From contig JAOACR010000009.1 in the NCBI GenBank assembly GCA_026417735.1, positions 353,298 through 417,297 on the forward strand: a DNA stretch of 64,000 nucleotides, written 5' to 3'. A program made the position numbers and the translations under genes. Shown here one piece after another: positions 17,343 to 26,930 of this stretch. Numbering within the stretch: the first letter of the stretch is position 1; each line of letters begins with the position of its first letter. The notes below the pieces were generated by a model that did no database searches, was not told where the DNA came from, and saw only the letters and a list, made by a program, of their open reading frames with translations. The stretch comes from Kiritimatiellia bacterium (GTDB taxonomy: Bacteria > Verrucomicrobiota > Kiritimatiellia > PWTM01).

Positions 17343-20311
17343 TGCGGTGACCCTCTCGTTTCCTCAGCGGCCGGCGCCAGGCCGCGCTCCGCGCCGGCCG
17401 CCGGGGGTGTCGGCTCGAGGCGACCATCCGCCATCAGCCAGAGCACGCGCCGGCCTGCGCTGTCGCCGGCGTCCACGATCCATTTCGGGCGGCCCGCCAG
17501 TGCAGACTCCACCGCCTCCCAGCGCAGACGCGCGGCAACCACCTCTGGCGCCACCGCATAGGCGGAGGCGACCGCAGTGAACCGGCGCGCTTCGCCCGCG
17601 GCGCGGGTCCAGCGACTGGTCGCCGCCGCCCGCGCGCCGATCACCCGTGCCGCCGCCTCGCCGCGCGCGGCCGCGCGCAGCGCCAGCGCGTCCGCCTGCG
17701 CCGAGTTGATCTCCGCCTCGCGCGCCTCCTGAGCCGCCGCCACTTCGCGAAAAGCTGGCACCACTTCCAGCGGCGGATGCACATCCGCCAACCGCACGTC
17801 CCGCACTTCAAACGCGTTCGCGTACTGCGCCAGCAACCGCTCCAGCCGTTCCCGCACGCGCGCTTCGATCTCCGAGCGTTGCTCGGCCATCAGCTCGCTT
17901 GCCGATCTGGCTGCCGCCTCCGCGCGCAGCGCCGACTCCGCCGCCCGCCGGACCAGCTCGTCCCAGAGCGGGCGCCCCTCCCGATCGTTTCGGCCGAGGC
18001 GAAACAGCGCAGCGTAGGGATCGCGAATGCAGTAGTGCACGACCGCCTTGACGTCCACGAGGTTTTCGTCGCCGGTCCACACCTCCGCCTCGGCTGGCAC
18101 GCGGCTGTACCGGCCGCCCCGATGCTGCACGTTCCACTCGTACGCCGGCGGTTCGGTGTTCGCAGCGGTCAGATCTGCACGGAAGCCGATCTCCACACGA
18201 CGCACTTCCAGAGGCCGCAACCGATCACGCCGCCCGAATGGCCAGGGCGCATGCAGATGCAGGCCCGGCCCCAGCGGAGAGGCATGTGCACGGCCGAATG
18301 TGCGCACGATCGCCACCTCGCCAGGCCCGACCACCACCAGGCCACTCGTCCCCCATCCCAGCAGCCCCAGCGCGCACACAGCCCTCACCCAGCCCCGCCG
18401 GTGCGTTCTCGCCCATTCCGCCCAGCACTCGAGCCGATGTCGCCACGCGCCCGGCTCGACGAGCAGCCGCATCGAGTTCAATACCACTGCGAGCGAACCC
18501 ACTTGGTGCCAGACCGCCGCCGCCACCGGAGGCAACCATCCGGCCGCCGCCGCCGCAATGCCGATCACGTTGAAGCCAAACGTGAACAGCGCCACGTTTT
18601 CAATGATCGTCCGCCGGGCGCGGCGCGCGGTTGCGATCGCGCGCGGGATTTTTCGCAGATCACCCCCCACCAACACCACGCTGGCCGACTCCATGGCGAG
18701 GTCGGAGCCGATATCCGCAGGCGCAATCCCAACATCGGCGGCCTGCAGCGCCGGCGCGTCGTTCAGGCCATCGCCAACCATCGCCACCGGCCCGCCCTCC
18801 GCGGCGGCGCGGCGTACCTCCGCAATTTTGTCCGCCGGCAGCAGTTGCGCGCGCACCTCGGTGAGGCCGAGCGCGCGCGCGACCGCGCGGGCCACCGACT
18901 CGTGGTCGCCGGTCAGCATCCGTAGGCGGCGGATGCCAAGATGTTCGAGCTCGTGCAACGCGGCGGCGGCCTCGGAACGCACCACATCGGCGATCGCGAT
19001 CACGCCGATCGCACGCTCTCCGCGGGCAACCCAGACCAGCGTCAGACCGCGCTCCGCGAGCGCGAGGCCCCGCTCGTCCAGCTGACGCGTGACCGCCACA
19101 CCGGATTGCTCGAACCATCGTCGGTTGCCGGCCCGCGCGGTCCCGCCCGACACCACCGCCTCCGCGCCGAGGCCCGCTTGCGAACGCCAGTCCGTCGCCG
19201 GGGGCACCTGCAGGCCGCGTGCCTCGACCGCAGCGGTGATCGCGCGTGCCAGCGGATGCGCGGAGCCGGCTTCGACCGCCGCCGCGATCGCGAGCACCGA
19301 GTCCTCCGACTCACCCGGCTCCGCGACGACCTCCGTCACCACCAGCCGCGCCTGGGTCAGCGTGCCTGTTTTGTCGAACAGCACGGTTCGAACTCGTGCA
19401 AGGGTCTCCAGCGCCGCGCCGCCCTTCACCAGCACGCCATGCCGGGCCAGCGCGCCGATTGCCGCGACAACCGCGGTGGGCGTCGCCATCACCAGCGCGC
19501 AGGGACAGGCCACCACCAGCACCGAGACTGCCCGCACGAGGTCGCCGGTCCGCCAGCCCACCACCGCGGCGATCACGAGCACGATCGGGACAAACCATGA
19601 CGCCCATCGGTCCGCGAGGCGCTGGATCGGCGCGCGTGCGGCGGCGGCCTCCTCCACCAGATGCAGTAACCGACCGAGCGTGGTCTCCGCGCCCACTCGC
19701 TCGACCACCACGTCGAGCGCGCCATCGAGCGGCGTGGTGCCTTCGTACACCGGATCTCCGGCGGTCTTGTCCGCGGGGACCGATTCGCCCGTCAGCGCGC
19801 TCTCATCGACCGCCGCAGCGCCGGCAGCAATGCGGCCGTCGGCAGGCACGCGTTCGCCGGGCCGCAACCGCACCCGGTCGCCCGGCACCAACTGCCCGAC
19901 CGGGACGATCACCTCCACACCGTTGCGGAGCACCCGCGCGGTCTCCGGACGCATCCGCAGCAGCGCAGAGATGCCCGCCCGCGTGCGGGCGACAGTGGTC
20001 TCCTCGAGAAACTCCCCGAGGAGCATGATGAAGATGACTTCCGCGGCCGCGAGCGGCTGGCCGACGTAGAGCGCGCCCAACGCGGCCAGGGCCACCGCGA
20101 GGTCCGCGCACAGCCGGCCGTGCAGCAGCTCCGCGGCCGCGCGCCAGTAGATCGGCCAGCCGCCGGCCAGCGCCACCACCAGCGCCGCATCCCAGCCGGC
20201 GACCTCGCGCCAGCGTCCCGTCAAATACGCCAGCAGCCCTGCGCCGACCAGCGCCAGCCGAATCGCACCCCGCGCACGCGGCCGGATCAAAAACTCAACC
20301 GGACGGGGCAT
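17339..20311 (-). CDS. P1B-type heavy-metal-translocating P-type ATPase with C-terminal fused transmembrane helix and SPFH (HflK-like) domain
   Basis: 990 aa continuous ORF. ATPase motifs: TGESVP, CPC in ACPCALVMATPTAV, DKTGTLT, SAHPLA, GDGLNDAPAL; no N-terminal HMA domain. After the last ATPase helices comes WVRAVCALGLLGWGTSGLVVV, then GPGEVAIVRTFGRAHASPLGPGLHLHAPWPF...DVKAVVHYCIRDPYAALF (SPFH/HflK-like). Confidence 0.8.
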   Translation of the reverse strand: MPRPVEFLIRPRARGAIRLALVGAGLLAYLTGRWREVAGWDAALVVALAGGWPIYWRAAAELLHGRLCADLAVALAALGALYVGQPLAAAEVIFIMLLGEFLEETTVARTRAGISALLRMRPETARVLRNGVEVIVPVGQLVPGDRVRLRPGERVPADGRIAAGAAAVDESALTGESVPADKTAGDPVYEGTTPLDGALDVVVERVGAETTLGRLLHLVEEAAAARAPIQRLADRWASWFVPIVLVIAAVVGWRTGDLVRAVSVLVVACPCALVMATPTAVVAAIGALARHGVLVKGGAALETLARVRTVLFDKTGTLTQARLVVTEVVAEPGESEDSVLAIAAAVEAGSAHPLARAITAAVEARGLQVPPATDWRSQAGLGAEAVVSGGTARAGNRRWFEQSGVAVTRQLDERGLALAERGLTLVWVARGERAIGVIAIADVVRSEAAAALHELEHLGIRRLRMLTGDHESVARAVARALGLTEVRAQLLPADKIAEVRRAAAEGGPVAMVGDGLNDAPALQAADVGIAPADIGSDLAMESASVVLVGGDLRKIPRAIATARRARRTIIENVALFTFGFNVIGIAAAAAGWLPPVAAAVWHQVGSLAVVLNSMRLLVEPGAWRHRLECWAEWARTHRRGWVRAVCALGLLGWGTSGLVVVGPGEVAIVRTFGRAHASPLGPGLHLHAPWPFGRRDRLRPLEVRRVEIGFRADLTAANTEPPAYEWNVQHRGGRYSRVPAEAEVWTGDENLVDVKAVVHYCIRDPYAALFRLGRNDREGRPLWDELVRRAAESALRAEAAARSASELMAEQRSEIEARVRERLERLLAQYANAFEVRDVRLADVHPPLEVVPAFREVAAAQEAREAEINSAQADALALRAAARGEAAARVIGARAAATSRWTRAAGEARRFTAVASAYAVAPEVVAARLRWEAVESALAGRPKWIVDAGDSAGRRVLWLMADGRLEPTPPAAGAERGLAPAAEETRGSPQ

Positions 20312-20329
20312 CGGCAGCCGCCGCGCACA

Positions 20330-23300
20330 CTAGGGGGTGACCGTGATCCACATCGGCGAAACCCACACGAGCTCGCCGTCCGCCTGCTCTCCCCGCACAT
20401 AGTAGTAACGCGCCGGCCCCGGCTCCGCCGACATGTCGGTCCACTGGAAGTAGACGTCTGCCGAATTCGGTTCCTCGGTGTGCACGTAGGCGCCATCGCG
20501 GATGATGTGGACGCGCGCGAACGGCGCGGTACCCCGCAGCCTCACCTGCAACGTTGGCCGGCCGCGAATGGAGAACTCCTCTCCCATGAAATGTTCTCCG
20601 CAGCGGACGTCCGCAAGGATGTTGTCGGTGGCGCCGTACACGCGCCGCGCCTTCATCCCGGCGACGATTCCCTCGGGCGTGAGGTCTTCCACCCAAACGT
20701 TGCAGTAGCTGATGTGCGTGGAGGTATGGTCGCTCGAGGCCTGGAAACCGAGCCGATATCCCTTCTTCAGCGCGCGCGACACAAACCCAAGCGGCCGCCA
20801 GCCACCGATGGAGTGCTCCGCGGTGTTCGCCCTCGGCGCGCCGGGCATCTCGTAGTTCTGACGGCAACCCTGGTAGATTTCCACCACCGGTTCCACCTTC
20901 GGGTTGTTGTCGCGCCAATCGGTGCCCATGTCGGTCCCGCTGGTGTGACTGGCGCAAATCCCGTCGTGTTCCGCCAGATAGCGGTAGAGCATCTGTGTGT
21001 CCGGCGAGCTTGGCCGGTCCGCATCCTCCGGCAGATCGTCCATCGCTTTGCCGAGCCCTCCGCGCAGCCGGTGCAGCGTGCGCACACCCCGCTGCGCGAA
21101 CACCACGTTGCGGTGCCCATCGGGATAGCTCACGGACCGCTCATACGAGTAGACCGGCGCAAATGCGCCGGGCACTCGGAATAGATCCGTCGTTTTCTGG
21201 ATGATCCACCACGGATATTCCCGGCCACCGCCGTTGTCGTGGTCACCGTTGCCGATCCACTCCAGCGCAGCCGCATCGAGACCGTAGCGCCACATGTCCA
21301 TCAGCATACCGTCGCCGCCGCCATCGCTGGAGATTTCGGTGTGCCGGTGGAACTCGCCGCGCGCCAGCCGGTACGTCCGCCCACCCACCGTCACCCGCGC
21401 CGCGCGCAACGCGGCCACATCGCGCTCTTCTTTCCGCGCCCGCTCGTCCTTGCCCGCCACCGCCGGCGCCGTCGCCAACGGTCGCAGTTGCGGCGGTGCC
21501 GCGGGCCGGAAGGGCGACGAGAGCCGGGCGGCCACCAGCTCGCTGTTGACCGGATCCGGCCAACGAGCCTTTAGCACCGGCTCTGCCACCATTTGCCCTT
21601 CCCGGCGCAGTTCCCGCACAAACCAGTCGGGCAGACGCGCCGCGGTCTCGATGCGGCCGTCGGATGCGCACACCATCGCGAGCGCACCATCCGAAAGCGC
21701 CGCAAACGCGGGCCGGCTGTCCAGCAGGTGATCGCTGCGGTCGCAGATGATTTCGTCCGACCAGCGATCCCCCTCGTACCAGGCCAGATGCGTCAGCCAT
21801 ACCGTACCGACCCCTACCCGGCCGCCCGCGCGGGCGGTCCGCACCGCCAGCCACACCCGCCCCGCCGGATCATACGCCAGCACCGGCAGCGCAAGCGTGC
21901 CCCGGCGTCGGGCTCCTCGGCTGCCCGCCGCCGGCCGGCGCGAGGCTAGCGCGGGCGGCGCAAACGCCTCCGCCGCCGGCTGCACCGGCTCCGCCCAGCT
22001 TCCACGATCCCACACGCGCACCTCGACGGACCGCTCCATCAGCAAGCCAACGCCCTTGTCCCGCACCGCCGCACCAAAGTCCTTGCCCCAGAGCTCCGGG
22101 CTTTTCTCATACGCCACCCACAGTCGCCCATCACGGTCAAAGACCATGCTGGGCCGCATCTCGCCCGCCGCCGACGCGGCCACCGGCACGATCTCCTCCC
22201 AACGGCCGGCCGCCCATCGCCGCAAAAACACGTCGTAGTTGCCATGTTCGTATGAATCCCACGCGATCGCGACCTGACCGTCCTCCGATGCCGCGATTGC
22301 CGGCCCCCACTGGTTCCCCGGCCGGTCGCTCACCACCTGGGGCGACCCGATCCGCTCCCCCTCCTGCCGCGCGGCCAGTATGTCCGCATGGCCATCCTCG
22401 CGGAACGCCATCCACGTCACCCACACCCGCCCCTCCCGATCCCTCGCTGCCGCGGGCAAGAGATCAGGGCCGGCCGACTTCGTCAGCGCCTGCGCCGGCG
22501 ACCACTCGTCCGCCGCGCGCCGTCTCGCGAAGAGATCCCAACGGCCATCCTGTTTTGCGGTCCAAAACACCCACACCGATCCCTGTCCATCCACCGCGGC
22601 AGCCGGCCGGAACACGTCGCCACCGGCCGGCGTAACCTCCCAGGGGCCATCCCAGCGGCCGTTCTTCCAGCGCATCAGCAGAACCTGGTCGCCGCCGGTC
22701 GGCTCCGCGAGATCCGCAAATGAATCCGGCATCTCGGTTGGTTCATTGCGCACCCGGAACTTCTCCCCGTGCCGGAACGCTACATACGCGACATACAGCC
22801 CACCGTCCGGCCCCACCGCGACGGCCGGCCAGTCGTCCTCGGTCGGTGCGGAGAGAATCGTTGTGGCCGCGGCCGCTCGAGACACGGCCACCAGCCCATC
22901 CATCCGCCAGACCGCGCGGCCACCGTCCAGCTCGTTGAGCCGCACCTGAAAGTCCCCCTGCGCGGTGCGGAACCGCAGCTCGGTCTCCGCGGTGGTATCG
23001 GCCAGCTCGATCAGCAGCGCCGAGTCCTGCAGCGGCATCGTCTCATGGCCGCGCTGTCGCTGTTCCCGATTCCACGGAATGGACCGCCGCGTGGTCACCT
23101 TCCAGGTCGCCCCGGTGACCAGATCGCGCGGATCCCGCCACCAGCTGCGAATCGCGACCACTCGCCCCGGGGAGACTTCAAGCGAGCCGTCCCACACCGT
23201 CGGTTCCTTTCGGCCGGCCGCGCCGCGGCTGCCGAACTCAACCCGCAGCACGGTCAGGCCGGCCGCCGGAAGCGGCGAGGTGGTGGGCGCCTCCTCTGCA

Positions 23301-23449
23301 CCACCGCTGCCGCCCCCCACCACGGTCCGCCGCCGCCCCACCCGTGCGCGGGCCTCCGCGCCAAACGCCGACCATGCCGCCGCCACCATCGCCGCCAGCG
23401 CCACCGCGCCCACAGCAAGGGGCGCCCATCGTCGCAGCCACCGGCTCAT
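20330..23449 (-). CDS. secreted protein with N-terminal beta-propeller-like repeats and C-terminal PHP-like (CehA/McbA-type) metallohydrolase domain
   Basis: 1039 aa with signal peptide MSRWLRRWAPLAVGAVALAAMVAAAWSAFGA. Repeated W-x-W...DG..D-hydrophobic blocks (VWVFWTAKQDGRWDLFARR, VWVTWMAFREDGHADILAAR, VAIAWDSYEHGNYDVFLRRW). C-terminal GEFHRHTEISSDGGGDG...GNGDHDNGGG resembles the PHP HxH...DG motif. Confidence 0.6.
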   Translation of the reverse strand: MSRWLRRWAPLAVGAVALAAMVAAAWSAFGAEARARVGRRRTVVGGGSGGAEEAPTTSPLPAAGLTVLRVEFGSRGAAGRKEPTVWDGSLEVSPGRVVAIRSWWRDPRDLVTGATWKVTTRRSIPWNREQRQRGHETMPLQDSALLIELADTTAETELRFRTAQGDFQVRLNELDGGRAVWRMDGLVAVSRAAAATTILSAPTEDDWPAVAVGPDGGLYVAYVAFRHGEKFRVRNEPTEMPDSFADLAEPTGGDQVLLMRWKNGRWDGPWEVTPAGGDVFRPAAAVDGQGSVWVFWTAKQDGRWDLFARRRAADEWSPAQALTKSAGPDLLPAAARDREGRVWVTWMAFREDGHADILAARQEGERIGSPQVVSDRPGNQWGPAIAASEDGQVAIAWDSYEHGNYDVFLRRWAAGRWEEIVPVAASAAGEMRPSMVFDRDGRLWVAYEKSPELWGKDFGAAVRDKGVGLLMERSVEVRVWDRGSWAEPVQPAAEAFAPPALASRRPAAGSRGARRRGTLALPVLAYDPAGRVWLAVRTARAGGRVGVGTVWLTHLAWYEGDRWSDEIICDRSDHLLDSRPAFAALSDGALAMVCASDGRIETAARLPDWFVRELRREGQMVAEPVLKARWPDPVNSELVAARLSSPFRPAAPPQLRPLATAPAVAGKDERARKEERDVAALRAARVTVGGRTYRLARGEFHRHTEISSDGGGDGMLMDMWRYGLDAAALEWIGNGDHDNGGGREYPWWIIQKTTDLFRVPGAFAPVYSYERSVSYPDGHRNVVFAQRGVRTLHRLRGGLGKAMDDLPEDADRPSSPDTQMLYRYLAEHDGICASHTSGTDMGTDWRDNNPKVEPVVEIYQGCRQNYEMPGAPRANTAEHSIGGWRPLGFVSRALKKGYRLGFQASSDHTSTHISYCNVWVEDLTPEGIVAGMKARRVYGATDNILADVRCGEHFMGEEFSIRGRPTLQVRLRGTAPFARVHIIRDGAYVHTEEPNSADVYFQWTDMSAEPGPARYYYVRGEQADGELVWVSPMWITVTP

Positions 23450-23518
23450 ATCGACACCCTCCGCGCTACCTCCGTGCCGTCACCTCAGGCCGATCTCTCA
23501 TCGGCGTTCTCGTGCAAT

Positions 23519-24181
23519 TCATGGCAGCGCTTCAATCACCACATTGCGGAAATGGATCTCACCACCCTCCGACTGCAGGCCCACCGGCCCCGGTACGACT
23601 TCACAGTCCTCTGCCGCATTCACCTGCCGGCCGTTCACCATCACACGAAGGATCCCGCCCCGCAGCTCAACCTCCATCGAGTTCCATTCGCCCGGCTCCT
23701 TTTCCGCCGCCTCCGCCTTTCTCACGCCCGTGAGGGTGCCGCCCATCGGGTGCCCCTCGCGGCGAAAGGTTCGGTCCTCCGGACCGCGAAGCGCCATCCC
23801 GTGAAAACCGTACAGCGCGCCGGCATCGCCACTCTTGAGCTGCACCTCGATCGAGCGCGGCAGCGGCCGCGGCTCGCCATTGATTCGCAACAGCACACCG
23901 CTGTTGCCCGGCGCACTGCCCGGCGCCCAGCGCCACTCCAGACGCAGACGGAGGTTCGTATAGACCGCCTTCGTGAACAGATATCCCATCGGCTCGCCCC
24001 GGCACACCAGCACACCGTCGCGCACGCTCCACACGTCGCCCTTTCGAGCGGACGGCTCCGCAAGAAATGCGTCCCACTGATCCAGGTCAAATGGGGCCAG
24101 CGTCTGCGCGGCGATCGCGACCGTCGCGAACGCCAAAATCCCCCAGACTCCAGCGAGAGGACGGACTCGGCTCATGATCAC
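23519..24181 (-). CDS. DUF1080 (3-keto-disaccharide hydrolase / LamG-like jelly-roll) domain protein, secreted
   Basis: 220 aa with signal peptide. WSVRDGVLVCRGEPMGYLFTKAVYTNLRLRLEWRW...GEWNSMEVELRGGILRVMVNGRQV...GPVGLQSEGGEIHFRNVVI matches the DUF1080 pattern. Confidence 0.75.
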   Translation of the reverse strand: MIMSRVRPLAGVWGILAFATVAIAAQTLAPFDLDQWDAFLAEPSARKGDVWSVRDGVLVCRGEPMGYLFTKAVYTNLRLRLEWRWAPGSAPGNSGVLLRINGEPRPLPRSIEVQLKSGDAGALYGFHGMALRGPEDRTFRREGHPMGGTLTGVRKAEAAEKEPGEWNSMEVELRGGILRVMVNGRQVNAAEDCEVVPGPVGLQSEGGEIHFRNVVIEALP

Positions 24182-24450
24182 AACCTCCTTTAGCCCTTCC
24201 GAGGCTGCGCCGATTCGGCAAGCGGCACGCCTCTCGCGCCACTATACGCGCGAACCCCAATGTGCGCGAACTTTTCCCGGCCCTCCCGAGCGCGACGCGC
24301 GGCGCGTTCCCGCCGCCCTCATCTGCGCGAGGGTGAACTCACTCCATGGAGGGTCACGCCGGCCGAAGGCGGCCCCCTCTCACGGCCCCCCACCGCCGGA
24401 CCCGCCCGCGGGGCAGATATTCCTGCGGCCGCCGAACCGCCCAACGCCAC

Positions 24451-26811
24451 TCAACGTACCGGCGCCAGAGGGAACTCGACAATCGTCGCCGAATGCGGCG
24501 GCAGTTCGAGAACGTCCGGCCCGACCGCGGTCACGTCACTGATCACCACGACGTCGGGCCGGCGCGGATCGTTGTGTGCGGCGGGATCGTTGCCGGCGAC
24601 CCGCCATCCGCGGCCACCGCCCGCCACCGCGCCGCCCCGCCATTCAAGGGGTACCCGCAGCGGCTCGCTCCATGGGTTGACCACTCCCAACCGCACGGTC
24701 CGACCATCGGGCGACCTGAGCGCCTGCGCATCGATCCACGGTCCGCAGCTCGTGCGCAGGGGTGCGCCGAGGAAATGCTCGCGGTACATCGCCAGCACCC
24801 AGCCCGTCGTCTCCATCGCCGCGCGGGAACGGTCGGTCTTCACCGCGCCGATCACGTTCACGGTTTGCGCATAGAACGCCGCGGTGATCAGCTCGCTTTG
24901 CCGTGCGTACTCGTGGATTCCCGCCGCAATGCCGAGCGCATCGCGTAGAAAGTACCGCGTGCCGAGCTCTCCAAAGACGTGCGGCCCGTACCAGTAGTTC
25001 CACTCCGTCACCGCCACGCGGATGTCCCGCCCGGCCAGCTCGGCTATCTCCGTTCGGTAACGCCGGTGCGCCTCGGCAATTCGGCGGATCGCATCGGGAA
25101 TCTGGCGGACATGGCTCATCTCGCCCGCCTGTTCCCTGCAGTAGAAGTGCTCCGCAATCCAGTCGATGCGGTCCGCGCACTGCCGCAGCATCAGTTCGTC
25201 CCAGCGGCCGATCTGGCCGGACGCGATCGCGATGAAGTCCGGTTGCACCGCCCGCATCGTGTCCACCACCCAGTTGTGTTTGAGCATGTAGTGCTCCGGT
25301 TTCATGTGTCCGAGCTGCCAACTGCCCCACATTTCGTTCCCGATGCACCAGTAGCGGACACCGAACGGCTCGCGCGCGCCGTTCTCCGCGCGACGCCGCC
25401 CCCAATACGTACCGCGCGCGCTCCCGTTCGCGTACTCGAGCAGCGCCGCCGCGGAATGCGCATCGCCAAAGCCAGTGTTCACCGTGATCAGCGGTTCCGC
25501 ACCCACCTCGCGGCAGAACCGAATGAACTCGTGCAGACCAAAGTCGTTCGGCTCCACACCCGTCCAGGCGGGGTTCGCCCGCGGTGGACGCCGATCGCGC
25601 TCGCCGATCCCGTCGCGCCAGTCGTAGCCCGAAACAAAGTTCCCGCCCGGCCATCGGTAGATCGGCGCGCGGAGACGCCGCAGCAGCGCCAGCGTATCCC
25701 GCCGCATCCCCGCGACGTGATCGGCCGGCATCAGCGAAACCGCCCCGATCACCACCGGCGCACCGTCCGCCCGAAGCTGGAACGCTGCGTCGTGCAGCGT
25801 CGTCGTCGCGACGAACGCGAAAGAAATCTTTTCGTAATCGCCAGCGCCAATCGCAAACGTGCCGTGGCGCTCGGGCACTGCGCCCTCCAACGCGACCCCC
25901 AGCCGTGCGCCGCGACCCTCCGCCCGCGCCCACACGCAGCCCTCGTACCGTCGCCCCACCTCGATTTCCAGGTACCGCTGCTGTATCGCCGCGCCCACAC
26001 TCAGCCTCGGCGCGTGCGGCGCCGCAAACGGACGATTCGTCACCATCACCACCGCGGTGGAGGCGCCGCCCTCGGCCACAATCTGCCAGGGCGAGGCCCG
26101 CAAAATCGGGAACGGCGCCTCAGGGCTCGGGCGCACTCCCGGTCCGTACGGCGCATACTCCGCGCGGATCGGATAAAAGAACTTCCGGTCCTCCAGCATT
26201 TCGGCCCAGATGCCCCCGTAGATGCACCGGCCCATGTGTTCGATGAACTGGCTGTACACCCGCTCGTCCAGGGGTGCCCCCGCCGCCGCGACCTCCACCG
26301 TAATCGCCCCCGCCGGCAGCGGCGGCATCGCGACCGGTTCGATCGCCAGACGTTCGACCGCCACCACCCCCCTGGCGAGCGGCCTGCCGACCACCCCGAC
26401 CTCGAGCTCCACCGAGTCCGCCGCGCCGCTGTCGAACTCTAGCCCCACCTCGCGCCACTCTCCCGGGCCGCCGGCCGGTTCGGACCGCTCCGGCCGGTTG
26501 CGGAGTCGCATCAGCGCCTCGCCTCCCTCCACCCCCTCCGCGCGCAGCCGACCGCCCATCCGGTAGCGCGCATGCGGCCGCACACCCACCGCCAGGCGCC
26601 AGACCGCATGCGTGCACCCCGTCTCGACTCTGACCATCAGCCGGCGCTCGCCCGCGGGCTCCCGCACCACGTCGAATTTCGCCTCCCCGCCGGCCGCGGA
26701 TGTACGCCAGAAGCCCGAACGGTCGCCCACACCCTCCGGCAACGGCAGCGGCCGCCCGCCAACCTCGAGCACAAGGGCCACGCCCAGCACGAATCCCAGT
26801 CTCGCCTTCAT
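24451..26811 (-). CDS. GH51 family alpha-L-arabinofuranosidase-like glycoside hydrolase
   Basis: Track ORF 24451..26832; start at ATG 26811 (MKARLGFVLGVALVL, signal peptide). IYRWPGGNFVSGYDWRDGIG and YWCIGNEMWGSWQLGHM match the GH51 acid/base region. Confidence 0.8.
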   Translation of the reverse strand: MKARLGFVLGVALVLEVGGRPLPLPEGVGDRSGFWRTSAAGGEAKFDVVREPAGERRLMVRVETGCTHAVWRLAVGVRPHARYRMGGRLRAEGVEGGEALMRLRNRPERSEPAGGPGEWREVGLEFDSGAADSVELEVGVVGRPLARGVVAVERLAIEPVAMPPLPAGAITVEVAAAGAPLDERVYSQFIEHMGRCIYGGIWAEMLEDRKFFYPIRAEYAPYGPGVRPSPEAPFPILRASPWQIVAEGGASTAVVMVTNRPFAAPHAPRLSVGAAIQQRYLEIEVGRRYEGCVWARAEGRGARLGVALEGAVPERHGTFAIGAGDYEKISFAFVATTTLHDAAFQLRADGAPVVIGAVSLMPADHVAGMRRDTLALLRRLRAPIYRWPGGNFVSGYDWRDGIGERDRRPPRANPAWTGVEPNDFGLHEFIRFCREVGAEPLITVNTGFGDAHSAAALLEYANGSARGTYWGRRRAENGAREPFGVRYWCIGNEMWGSWQLGHMKPEHYMLKHNWVVDTMRAVQPDFIAIASGQIGRWDELMLRQCADRIDWIAEHFYCREQAGEMSHVRQIPDAIRRIAEAHRRYRTEIAELAGRDIRVAVTEWNYWYGPHVFGELGTRYFLRDALGIAAGIHEYARQSELITAAFYAQTVNVIGAVKTDRSRAAMETTGWVLAMYREHFLGAPLRTSCGPWIDAQALRSPDGRTVRLGVVNPWSEPLRVPLEWRGGAVAGGGRGWRVAGNDPAAHNDPRRPDVVVISDVTAVGPDVLELPPHSATIVEFPLAPVR

Positions 26812-26930
26812 CGCACACCTCCGTGCGGGCATCCTTCATCGCAGCGGGCCGAAGGCTCGTCAAGCCTCTCGAACCCGTCCCGCCCGCCCTGCGGGTTGCG
26901 AGCAGCCACCTAAACGCGCATCATCGCAAC

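Noticed and set aside
26700-26930. N-terminal extension of the pdxB ORF
   Set aside because: It would overlap the 5-prime end of the convergent-strand GH51 gene and adds Pro/Ala/Arg-rich sequence. PdxB collinearity begins at the GTG at 26931.
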